From: Treponema sp.
GTDB taxonomy: Bacteria > Spirochaetota > Spirochaetia > Treponematales > Breznakiellaceae
Reading direction: 5' to 3'
Length of the DNA: 43,705 bases
NCBI GenBank assembly: GCA_031290325.1
Contig: JAITNU010000033.1
Span: 1 to 43,705 of the forward strand
The translations under genes were made by a program, and so were the position numbers. Below the pieces are notes generated by a model that ran no database searches, had not been told where the DNA came from, and saw nothing but the letters and a program-made list of their open reading frames with translations. Each line of letters begins with the position of its first letter. Position 1 is the stretch's first letter. Shown one piece after another: positions 18,007 through 25,437 of this stretch.

Positions 18007-18717
18007 TCAATGGCCCTGCTGGCGCAGGACTTCAAGGTTGTTCTGTGGGATAGTATAGTTGGGATTAAGCCGCAACGCCTCGGTCCAGTCGGCCCGGGCC
18101 CGGGCATAGTCCTTTTTATTGACGTAGGCAAAGCCCCGGTTATTATATGCCTCAGCATAATTGGGATTTATCCTGATAGCCTGGTTGAAGTCAGCAATAG
18201 CCCGGTCATAGTCCCCTTTATTGTTGTAGGCGATGCCCTGGTTATAATATGCCTCAGCATAATTGGGATTTATCCTGATAGCCTGATTGAAGTCAGCAAT
18301 AGCCTGGTCATAGTCTTTTTTATTGAAATAAGCGTTGCCCCGGTTATAATATGCCTCAACATCATGAGGATTTATCCTGATAAGCCCGGTCCAATCCCCA
18401 ATCGCCCCGTCATAGTCTTTGAGGTACTCATAGGACTTTGCACGGTAGAACAGCGAACCGGTGTCCTTGTTCCTGATTGCCAAAGCACGGGTAAAGTCCG
18501 CAACGGCTTCCGTATATTCCCCGGCTTCGTAATGGGCAAATCCGGCGTTAAAGTAGGCTAACTGGGAATCCGGCTTTTGGGGAACTGCGGCAGGTTGTTC
18601 TCCAGGCATCATAAGGGACACTCCCGGCGCAGGGCTGGTTTCCGTGGTTCCACAGCCTGTCCAGAGCAGGATAATCCCCAGCAGTACCGGGACGCACCAG
18701 GGCCGGCGCGTTTTCAT
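18007..18717 (-). CDS. TPR-repeat lipoprotein
   Basis: ORF 18007..18834. The likely start is MKTRRPWCVPVLLGIILLWTGCG at 18717 (lipobox). At least five 34-aa TPR units of the form AIADFNQAIRINPNYAEAYxNxGxAY follow. Confidence 0.8.
   Translation of the reverse strand: MKTRRPWCVPVLLGIILLWTGCGTTETSPAPGVSLMMPGEQPAAVPQKPDSQLAYFNAGFAHYEAGEYTEAVADFTRALAIRNKDTGSLFYRAKSYEYLKDYDGAIGDWTGLIRINPHDVEAYYNRGNAYFNKKDYDQAIADFNQAIRINPNYAEAYYNQGIAYNNKGDYDRAIADFNQAIRINPNYAEAYNNRGFAYVNKKDYARARADWTEALRLNPNYTIPQNNLEVLRQQGH
18133..18438 (-). repeat. three tandem 102-bp (34-codon TPR) repeats
   Basis: Copies at 18133-18234 and 18235-18336 are nearly identical. The third copy at 18337-18438 is more diverged. Confidence 0.8.
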
Positions 18718-18866
18718 CCTCCCGGTGCGGAAACAGGGGGAACTAAGGGTATATGATGCTTTATTACGGGATGGCATAAGGGAACTTTGCCGGGCAGTCA
18801 AGACAGGGCTGTATAGTTTCATACAATACACCATACTGAATGAGCGGCGTCTTGTGTAGTATCCTT

Positions 18867-18913
18867 AACCACGAACCACAGGAACAAGCATGTCCTGTGG
18901 TTCGTGGTTTTTT
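18867..18913 (+). terminator. 17-bp perfect stem-loop with its T-tract on the plus strand
   Basis: AACCACGAACCACAGGA (18867-18883), a 9-nt loop, TCCTGTGGTTCGTGGTT (18893-18909), then TTTT. Both flanking genes are on the minus strand. The T-run overlaps the stop codon of the DUF3842 gene. Confidence 0.5.
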
Positions 18914-19343
18914 AGACGGTATGGAGCCGTTCTTTGAATAGCTCAATGGCCCGGTCGGTCATTCTGGCCAGGGGGAGCTGTTCCAGGCCGGCCAGAAAAA
19001 AATGCTCCTGCTGGAGGGGCAGGAGGATACGGTCTCCAGGGGCTTTCAGGATAGCCTCCACCATGGGCGGGGTGATCTCCCCCATCATACTGTTGATGAT
19101 GACGATGCCGATAGGCCCGATGATGAAGTTTCCCAGGGATACGGAAACCCGGATGGCATTTTCACCAGTGGCGCCCCGGTGGGCGCCGGCCTTGACCATC
19201 CGCTCGGTGGCCACTGCATTGGTCCCCAGGGCGATGATTTCCAGGTCCGTATCCGGGAGTTCTTTCAGCTTGCTGATGAGCTGGACCCCGATGCCCCCGC
19301 CCATGCCGTCGATAATGACAACGCTCTGTTTCATCTTATACAT
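18912..19343 (-). CDS. DUF3842-family protein
   Basis: 143 aa. VVIIDGMGGGIGVQLISKL ... IIALGTNAVATERMVKAGAHRGATGENAI ... GPIGIVIINSMMGEITPPM is the pattern I associate with DUF3842. There is an 8-nt overlap with the paaK stop. Confidence 0.7.
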   Translation of the reverse strand: MYKMKQSVVIIDGMGGGIGVQLISKLKELPDTDLEIIALGTNAVATERMVKAGAHRGATGENAIRVSVSLGNFIIGPIGIVIINSMMGEITPPMVEAILKAPGDRILLPLQQEHFFLAGLEQLPLARMTDRAIELFKERLHTV

Positions 19344-20679
19344 CCTTTGGCCGATAGTCCTGGACCCGTTTTGCCTTGCCCTCTGAAACAGGCAGGCTTC
19401 CCCGCTCGTGGAGTTCCACCCGGGGGTTGATGGTGATGGATGCCTGAAGGGTTTTGCGGATCCGCTCCTTCAGGGCGTTGAGGGGCCGGGTATCATCCAT
19501 GAAGATATCCGGGCCAACCTCGGTCTTGACCGTGAGCCGGTCCAGTACCCCTTCCTTCTCCACCACCAGGAGGTAGTTGTTCCCCACTTCCTTCATCTGC
19601 ATGATCACCTCCTCGATTTGGCTGGGGAAGAGGTTGACCCCGTTGATGATCAGCATGTCGTCGGTGCGGCCGGTGATGCGGTGGAGGCGGCGGTGGGTTC
19701 TGCCGCAGGCACAGGGTTCGGTGTAGAAGCCGGAGCGATCCCTGGTGCGGTAGCGCAGGATGGGGGTGGCTTCCCGGCAGAGACAGGTGAGGACCAGTTC
19801 CCCGGTCTCGCCGTCAGGTACCGGCTCCAGGGTGTCGGGGTTGATGATCTCTGCGATATAGCCATCCTCCCAAAGGTGGAGGCCGTTTTTGCACTGACAC
19901 TCAAAGGCCACACCAGGGCCGTTCATCTCTGAAAGGCCGTAGGAATTGTACACATCGATACTGAGGAGTTCCTCGATACGCTGCCGCGTATCCTCTGAAT
20001 AGGGTTCTGCCCCGGCAAAGGCCCGCTTGAGCTTGAGGCTTTCCCGTTGTACCCCCTCTTCCCGCATCTTGGCCTCCACATGGAGGAGGAAGCTGGGGGT
20101 GGCGTGGACCACGGTGGTACCGAAGTCCTGCATCAGCTTGAACTGCCTGGTGGTGTTCCCGGACCCTGAGGGGATCACCATCATCCCCACTTCCTCGCCG
20201 CCGAAATGGAAACCCAGCCCGCCGGTGAAAAGCCCGTAGGTGATCATGTTCTGGAACACATCGGTCTTGTTGCACCCGGTGGCGTAGATGGACCGGGCCA
20301 CGAAACTGGTCCAGCGGCTTATATCTTCTTTATTAAAATAGATCGTGGTGGGGGTTCCGGTGGTACCGCTTGAGGCGTGGAGTCTGACCACCTCGTCCCG
20401 AGGAATACTGAGCATCCCGTAGGGGAAGGCTACCCGGAGGTCGTGTTTTGTGGTGAAGGGGATACGTTTGAGGTCCCCGATGCTCTTGATATCCTCCCCG
20501 GTCCTGATACCCGCCTGGTGCAGCCGTTCCTGGTAAAAGGGGGTTCTGAGGGCGCAGTCTACCATAGCCCTGAGCTGTGCGAGCTGATAGGCTTCCAGTT
20601 CTGCCCGTGGCAGGGTTTCCATCCTGGGGTTCCAATACTGGTAGGTTTCGATGCGCCCTTTGGCGCACGCGCTACTCAT
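19336..20679 (-). CDS. paaK: phenylacetate-CoA ligase family protein
   Basis: 447 aa. Adenylate-forming motifs SSGTTGTPT and YGLSE are present, with a PaaK/F390-synthetase-like N-terminus. An ATGA overlap joins it to the upstream IOR gene. Confidence 0.85.
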   Translation of the reverse strand: MSSACAKGRIETYQYWNPRMETLPRAELEAYQLAQLRAMVDCALRTPFYQERLHQAGIRTGEDIKSIGDLKRIPFTTKHDLRVAFPYGMLSIPRDEVVRLHASSGTTGTPTTIYFNKEDISRWTSFVARSIYATGCNKTDVFQNMITYGLFTGGLGFHFGGEEVGMMVIPSGSGNTTRQFKLMQDFGTTVVHATPSFLLHVEAKMREEGVQRESLKLKRAFAGAEPYSEDTRQRIEELLSIDVYNSYGLSEMNGPGVAFECQCKNGLHLWEDGYIAEIINPDTLEPVPDGETGELVLTCLCREATPILRYRTRDRSGFYTEPCACGRTHRRLHRITGRTDDMLIINGVNLFPSQIEEVIMQMKEVGNNYLLVVEKEGVLDRLTVKTEVGPDIFMDDTRPLNALKERIRKTLQASITINPRVELHERGSLPVSEGKAKRVQDYRPKDV

Positions 20680-22937
20680 CTGGGTACATCCCTTCCAAGC
20701 ATGAAAGCCTTCAGGTTCCCCTGGACAACCGCGTCTCCCTTGGATGCGAACAGTTCTGTGATGGTGGCTTCCAGAATTTCAACCGGTATGGGGAGGAAAG
20801 GCGCTGCGGCTCCCACCATGACCATGTTGACTGCCCGTGCCAGTCCTGCTTCTTTGGCCAGGGCCGTGGCCTGCACAATGCGATGCCGGGGGAAGCCTTC
20901 GATGGTTTTGATGATGAGGTCCAGGCTGGGGTAATCGGGAATATTGACCACCGGTTCCGCTGCGCTTACCAGGGCGCCCTGTGGGGAGAGCCAGGAGGCA
21001 TAGCGGAGGCTTTCAAGCACTTCCATGGAAAGGATGAGGTCTGCCCCGCCCTGGGGTACGAGGTCCGAGGGGATAGGGGTATCGGCAATGCGGAGGTGGG
21101 ACAGCACAGCGCCTCCCCGCTGGGCCATGCCGTGTACCTCGGATTGGCGCACCGAAAGCCCCGCCTTGACCGCGGCCTGGGCAATGATCGCGGCGATAGA
21201 GAGCACCCCCTGGCCTCCTACACCGGCGAGGATGATGTCGGTTTTATGGGCAGCAGGGGAAGGAGTAAGGAGAGCGGTGAGGGGCTTGGCTTCCTGCTTC
21301 AGGGGAGTGCGCCGTTTCCGGGCAGCTTCAAGACATTCCCGCTGGAATATAACCACTGAAAGCCCAGGGTACTCGATTTCTGCTTTGAGCCGGGCGGCGT
21401 TCCCGGTGAGGAGCTGCTTCCTGGCTTCCAGTTCGAGGAGATGCTCTTCCACAACCCCGATTCCCAGGATGAGCTGCCGGAGTTTGACCGATGGGAGCAT
21501 GGGTTCCTGACAGCCGGTCATGGCCACAGTGGCATTGTCGAGGATTACCACGGTCATAGGGGTATTGGTGGCTACCGCGTCAATGAGGCCGGTGATCCCT
21601 GAATGAAGGAAGGTGGAATCCCCGATGACTGCAACACTGTACTGCATCCCCGCTTCGGCAGCGCCTTTGGCCATGCCCACAGAAGCGCCCATACAGACAA
21701 TGGTTTCGGGCACCGCGTAGGGAGGCATGGCGCCCAGGGCATAACAGCCGATGTCCGAGGTGATGGCCACGGTGGGATGATTCGGTGCGGGATCGAGGTC
21801 TGCTACTGCTTTCTTGATAGTCTCGTAGCTGTCGCCGTGGGGACAGCCTTGACAGAGCTGGGGGGGCCTGCCTGGAAGGGGCGGAATCCTAAGCCCTCCG
21901 CTTAACACGCTGGGCCGCGGGGGAAGTCCCAGGCTGCGGCGTACCGTATCGGGGTCCAGTTCTCCGGTGCGGTTCACGGTACCGTCCAGTTTCCCCTTGA
22001 TGACGCATTGCTGCGGGAGTATCCCCCGGAGCTTTTCCTCAATGAAGGGCTGCCCTTCCTCAATGACGAGCACGGTTTTGGCTTTTTCGCAGACTATGCA
22101 CACCCCTTCGGCAGGTATGGGGTAGGCCCCGATGTGGAGCCGGGCCGGAACCTTGCCGCCTCGGGAGAGGTCTTCCAGGTTTTCCTCGTAATAGTTTCCC
22201 CCTAAGCCGGAAGTGATCACCACCAGGGAGGTATCCCGGCCTTCAAGCTCCAGTTTATTGGCCGGATGCCCTGCGGACCAGGCACGGAGTTCTGTTTGTT
22301 TGCCGATGAGGGCTGCGTAGTTCCGCCGGGCATACCCCGGGAGGAGCATCCATAGGGTTTTATCCTCCCCCTTGGCCAGGGAATTCGGCGCCCGCCTTGT
22401 TCCGGGAATGACCGCGGCACGGGCATGGGAAAGCCGGGTGCTCAGGCGCAGTACCACAGGCATCTGAAACTTCTCGGAAACAGCGAAGGCTTCCTGGGCC
22501 ATGTCGTAGGCCTCCTGCTGATTCCGGGGTTCCAGACAGGGAACCAGGGCAAAGGCGGCGTAGAAGCGGGAATCCTGCTCATTCTGGGAGCTATGCATCC
22601 CCGGATCATCTGCCACGGCAATAACCAGACCCCCCTTGATCCCCAGAAGGCTGCCGTTGATAAAGGGGTCGGCGGCCACATTAAGTCCCACATGCTTCAT
22701 GGTCACCAGGGCGCGCCGTCCTGCAAAGGACACCCCCAAGGCCCCTTCCAGGGCGGTTTTTTCATTAGTACACCACCGGGCCACCGGGCCGCCCCCTTTA
22801 TATGCGGCGATGAGATATTCAAGAATTTCCGTGGAAGGGGTGCCAGGATACCCGTAGGCGGCGCTCACCCCTGCGTGGAGGCTGCCCAGGGCAACAGCCT
22901 CATCCCCTAAGAGGGCATAGCTTTCTTCACTGCTCAT
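20676..22937 (-). CDS. indolepyruvate:ferredoxin oxidoreductase, fused alpha (IorA) and beta (IorB) modules
   Basis: 753 aa. Residues 1 to about 545 are IorA-like, with GYPGTPSTEI, a TPP-binding GDSTFLHSG ... DN motif, and cluster cysteines LCQGCPHG, DIGCY and TGC. After a linker, residues from about 565 to the end are IorB-like (ILAGVGGQGV ... EVHGMAQRGG). Confidence 0.85.
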   Translation of the reverse strand: MSSEESYALLGDEAVALGSLHAGVSAAYGYPGTPSTEILEYLIAAYKGGGPVARWCTNEKTALEGALGVSFAGRRALVTMKHVGLNVAADPFINGSLLGIKGGLVIAVADDPGMHSSQNEQDSRFYAAFALVPCLEPRNQQEAYDMAQEAFAVSEKFQMPVVLRLSTRLSHARAAVIPGTRRAPNSLAKGEDKTLWMLLPGYARRNYAALIGKQTELRAWSAGHPANKLELEGRDTSLVVITSGLGGNYYEENLEDLSRGGKVPARLHIGAYPIPAEGVCIVCEKAKTVLVIEEGQPFIEEKLRGILPQQCVIKGKLDGTVNRTGELDPDTVRRSLGLPPRPSVLSGGLRIPPLPGRPPQLCQGCPHGDSYETIKKAVADLDPAPNHPTVAITSDIGCYALGAMPPYAVPETIVCMGASVGMAKGAAEAGMQYSVAVIGDSTFLHSGITGLIDAVATNTPMTVVILDNATVAMTGCQEPMLPSVKLRQLILGIGVVEEHLLELEARKQLLTGNAARLKAEIEYPGLSVVIFQRECLEAARKRRTPLKQEAKPLTALLTPSPAAHKTDIILAGVGGQGVLSIAAIIAQAAVKAGLSVRQSEVHGMAQRGGAVLSHLRIADTPIPSDLVPQGGADLILSMEVLESLRYASWLSPQGALVSAAEPVVNIPDYPSLDLIIKTIEGFPRHRIVQATALAKEAGLARAVNMVMVGAAAPFLPIPVEILEATITELFASKGDAVVQGNLKAFMLGRDVPR

Positions 22938-23069
22938 GTTGTCTCCTTAAAAAGCGATACATGGGAAAGATTCTATCAGCATTGAGGCGCTTATACCAGG
23001 CTTTTTTCGTGGCTCTTGGCAGCGCTCACCCAGGGAAAGCCCCAGAGACGGAGAACCCGGAGTTTTTCC

Positions 23070-23417
23070 TCATGGCTCATGCTCTTTCTTGTTGAGGTTC
23101 TGTAATTCGATAAGCTGGGCTATTTGTTTGAGGACATAATCCTGAAAATAGGGGTTAAGCTCGTCAAACAGGTTGTTGATCCGTTCCCGCTTTCCTTCCG
23201 GCGTTTTGTTGAACATCTCCCCTTCACCGGTCTTGAGCCACTGTTCGCTGATGCCAAAGGTCAAAGCAATGAGATGGACGATACGGTCATTGGCGACACG
23301 ATGTTCATTTTCCAGTTCAGCGATATAACCATTTGAAATATAGATGGTTTTGGCAAAATCCACCTGGGTCATGTTCAAGGCCAGCCGCGCCTCTTTTATC
23401 CGTTTATTCACCGTCAT
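23070..23417 (-). CDS. XRE family HTH regulator (phage-repressor-like)
   Basis: 115 aa. KRIKEARLALNMTQVDFAKTIYISNGYIAELENEHRVANDRIVHLIALTFGISEQWL is an HTH_3 pattern. No SD is seen. The ATG lies 8 nt after a TATAAT hexamer, which suggests a leaderless mRNA. Confidence 0.85.
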   Translation of the reverse strand: MTVNKRIKEARLALNMTQVDFAKTIYISNGYIAELENEHRVANDRIVHLIALTFGISEQWLKTGEGEMFNKTPEGKRERINNLFDELNPYFQDYVLKQIAQLIELQNLNKKEHEP

Positions 23418-23541
23418 TATGGTTCATTATAGTATATAAATTCTCACTAAGCAAAAAAAATGTTCATTATGATGATTTATATATTGACAAACCTCACTAT
23501 GAATAATATATTTAATCTTAGTGAGAAATTAAGGGGGAATC
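23418..23541. promoter_or_regulatory. divergent promoter/operator region of the XRE switch
   Basis: Minus strand has TTGCTT-N17-TATAAT (23426-23454). Plus strand has TTGACA-N17-TATATT (23484-23512). An 11-bp inverted repeat TTCTCACTAAG (23441-23451) / CTTAGTGAGAA (23517-23527) is present, with a third half-site CTCACTATG (23493-23501). GTTCATTAT occurs as direct repeats. Confidence 0.5.
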
Positions 23542-23730
23542 ATGGTGGAAATCCAAAACCATGACCGAAAGGAACGCCTGGACGCCGCAATTGATCGGCT
23601 TACAGAAGAGAATCAGCTCTATGTATTGGGCATCTTACAGGCTCTAAGCTTCGTTCAAAACAGCATGAAAACGGGGTATTTCCATGTTGAAATGGGCGGC
23701 ACGGCTGAGGGAGAAATAGCCGCCTTTTAA
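23542..23730 (+). CDS. hypothetical 62-aa protein divergent from the XRE gene
   Basis: AAGGGGGAATC precedes the ATG and a good sigma-70 promoter lies upstream. No HTH seen. It shares a helix motif with the C-termini of both XRE proteins in this window. Confidence 0.5.
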   Translation: MVEIQNHDRKERLDAAIDRLTEENQLYVLGILQALSFVQNSMKTGYFHVEMGGTAEGEIAAF

Positions 23731-23865
23731 GGGGTGGATACATGTAAGCGACATAAAATCTGACGGGATCGGGGATGGTAGCATCCGTGCCGCTGCTTCG
23801 GAAAAATCAGGTTTTGTGAAATTCAACGCTTGTCTAAAGGTTTTGCCAGAAACCATAGGAGGGTT

Positions 23866-24009
23866 ATGGCAAAGAAAGGTTTCTTATTGGGAATGTCGGC
23901 GCTGACATTCGGATTGTTGCTGGCCGGTGATGATTCGCTTGGAAGCGGTTATGGTAATAGTCCGACAGATACCTTGATAGGGATAACTTTTGAAAGGAGA
24001 AACAAATGA
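23866..24009 (+). CDS. unannotated 47-codon ORF encoding a signal-peptide-like small protein
   Basis: AGGAGGG (23857-23863) precedes the ATG at 23866. Translation: MAKKGFLLGMSALTFGLLLAGDDSLGSGYGNSPTDTLIGITFERRNK. The stop overlaps the next start codon (ATGA at 24006-24009). It falls below the ORF-track length cutoff. Confidence 0.4.
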   Translation: MAKKGFLLGMSALTFGLLLAGDDSLGSGYGNSPTDTLIGITFERRNK

Positions 24010-25208
24010 AAAAGTTCTTAGGTGCTGTTGTTTTTATTCTGACTATGACTCTGTCCGGACTTTATGCACAAGAGGCCGATTTGGATACAGCATTACAGAA
24101 AAGCGTTGATTATTTGGAAAAGAGCCTCCCCAAAAACGCAACAGTCGCTATACTTAAGATTGAGGCCGAATCAAAAACGCTATCCGAGTATATTATTGAC
24201 GAATTGTCTACATATTTTGTAAACAATAAAAATATTACCGTGGTAGATCGTAAAAATTTAGACCTAATCCAGCAAGAACTTGATTTTCAAATGACTGGTG
24301 AAGTCAGTGAGGAATCAGCGCAGGAGATTGGCAAGAAGTTAGGAGCGCAAACGATAATACTGGGTAGTATCAATCCGGTTGTAAATAAGTACCAATTGAA
24401 TATTCGCGCTTTATCGGTGGAAACTGCCGCAGTTCAAGGTATGCAGAGACAAGATATTAAACTTGATAAAAGACTTGCTGCTCTTATTCGCGGTGATTCA
24501 GTGATTCCAGTGGCCGAAATGTGGAAACATAAATGGTTATACCTTGGATTAAGAGGTGGCGGTACTGTCAATTTATACGATGTAAAATGTATTGAAGATG
24601 GTCTTGATTTTAAAGAACCTGAATCTTCATTTGGGTTTACCGCAGCCTTTTCGGCAACGGGCCAAATAACGAATTGGTTGGGAGTTCAGGCTGAACTAAT
24701 TTATACCCATGATGAGACAGAAATAAAAACCGTAGATGATGGGTATATCGAAACTGTAGGTAGTGGAAACATAAGCTCAACTGGTGGTAGCGGAAAGATT
24801 TCGTATGATTCATTAATGCTACCGATTCTTGCAAAAATAACCTTTAGACCCAATAAATTCTTGCTTGCTGGTCTTGCGGGAGTCTATCTTGGTATCCCTG
24901 TTGGCGAGATGAAATTCGAAGGTAAATTGCAAGCTGGTGATTGGACAGGAACTTTTAAACCTGCGGGTGTATCCTATGGACTCATGTTTGGCGGGAATTT
25001 CGGTTACCACTTAGGGCCGGGTGTTTTATTTGTGGATGTACGTTATGCAATGGATCTGGCGAAAACAAAATTTGACCCTGTTGAAGGTTCATGGGGTATG
25101 TGGAACGGTGATTATACTTCCCAATGGAGATTTATGCCTGATTTTGAAGTTTCCCGGCAGAAAGTGTTTTTTACAATAGGATATGAAATTGGCTTTTTCA
25201 ATAAATAA
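24006..25208 (+). CDS. outer-membrane protein: N-terminal LpoB/CsgG-like (TolB-N-like) domain fused to a C-terminal beta-barrel
   Basis: 400 aa. Signal peptide MKKFLGAVVFILTMTLSGLYAQ. The N-domain has VAILKIEAES ... ELSTYFVNNKNITVVDRKNLDLIQQELDFQMTG ... AQTIILGSI. The C-terminal half has alternating aromatic/Gly beta-strand patterning and ends in GYEIGFFNK. Confidence 0.7.
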   Translation: MKKFLGAVVFILTMTLSGLYAQEADLDTALQKSVDYLEKSLPKNATVAILKIEAESKTLSEYIIDELSTYFVNNKNITVVDRKNLDLIQQELDFQMTGEVSEESAQEIGKKLGAQTIILGSINPVVNKYQLNIRALSVETAAVQGMQRQDIKLDKRLAALIRGDSVIPVAEMWKHKWLYLGLRGGGTVNLYDVKCIEDGLDFKEPESSFGFTAAFSATGQITNWLGVQAELIYTHDETEIKTVDDGYIETVGSGNISSTGGSGKISYDSLMLPILAKITFRPNKFLLAGLAGVYLGIPVGEMKFEGKLQAGDWTGTFKPAGVSYGLMFGGNFGYHLGPGVLFVDVRYAMDLAKTKFDPVEGSWGMWNGDYTSQWRFMPDFEVSRQKVFFTIGYEIGFFNK

Positions 25209-25211
25209 AGC

Positions 25212-25408
25212 GTGGTGATCCACCAAGTATGCTGAGGCATCATATATGATCTTCATTGATGTAAAAGAATATCGCATCAAATATTTTCCGATTTTCTTTA
25301 TACTCATACTATGACAATGCGGGCAGTAGAGTTTTATAGTTATAGACATTTTTCTATACTATCTCTTTCTGTCTTTTTTATCATCACGCATACTTTCTGG
25401 ATCACCTC
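25212..25408. repeat. imperfect 21-bp inverted repeat pair enclosing about 155 bp (MITE/IS-scar-like)
   Basis: GTGGTGATCCACCAAGTATGC (25212-25232) matches the reverse complement of 25388-25408 (GAGGTGATCCAGAAAGTATGC) at 18 of 21 positions. The enclosed segment begins an ORF with a zinc-ribbon-like N-terminus, MSITIKLYCPHCHSMSIKKIGK. Confidence 0.35.
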
Positions 25409-25437
25409 CATAATTCTTTATCATAAAAAATACACCC

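Noticed and set aside
17887-18561. 224-aa plus-strand ORF with internal repeats
   Set aside because: It is the antisense image of the TPR tandem repeats. The minus frame gives canonical TPR units and a lipoprotein signal peptide.
20577-22910. Several long plus-strand ORFs (20377..20934, 20577..21359, 21025..21510, 22425..22910) opposite the IOR and paaK genes
   Set aside because: They are shadow ORFs in a GC-rich region. The minus-strand frames carry unmistakable IorA/IorB/PaaK motifs, and the plus frames have no motifs.
25089-25349. 86-aa minus-strand ORF beginning MSITIKLYCPHCHSMSIKK
   Set aside because: Only the first 22 or so residues look like a zinc-ribbon. The rest runs antisense into the 3' end of the outer-membrane protein gene. 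I treat it as a remnant inside the inverted-repeat element, not as a functional gene.
25399-25409. GGATCACCTCC, identical to the 3' tail (anti-SD region) of 16S rRNA
   Set aside because: It is only 11 nt with no surrounding rRNA sequence. It is simply the complement of a strong SD-like motif on the other strand, inside the inverted repeat.
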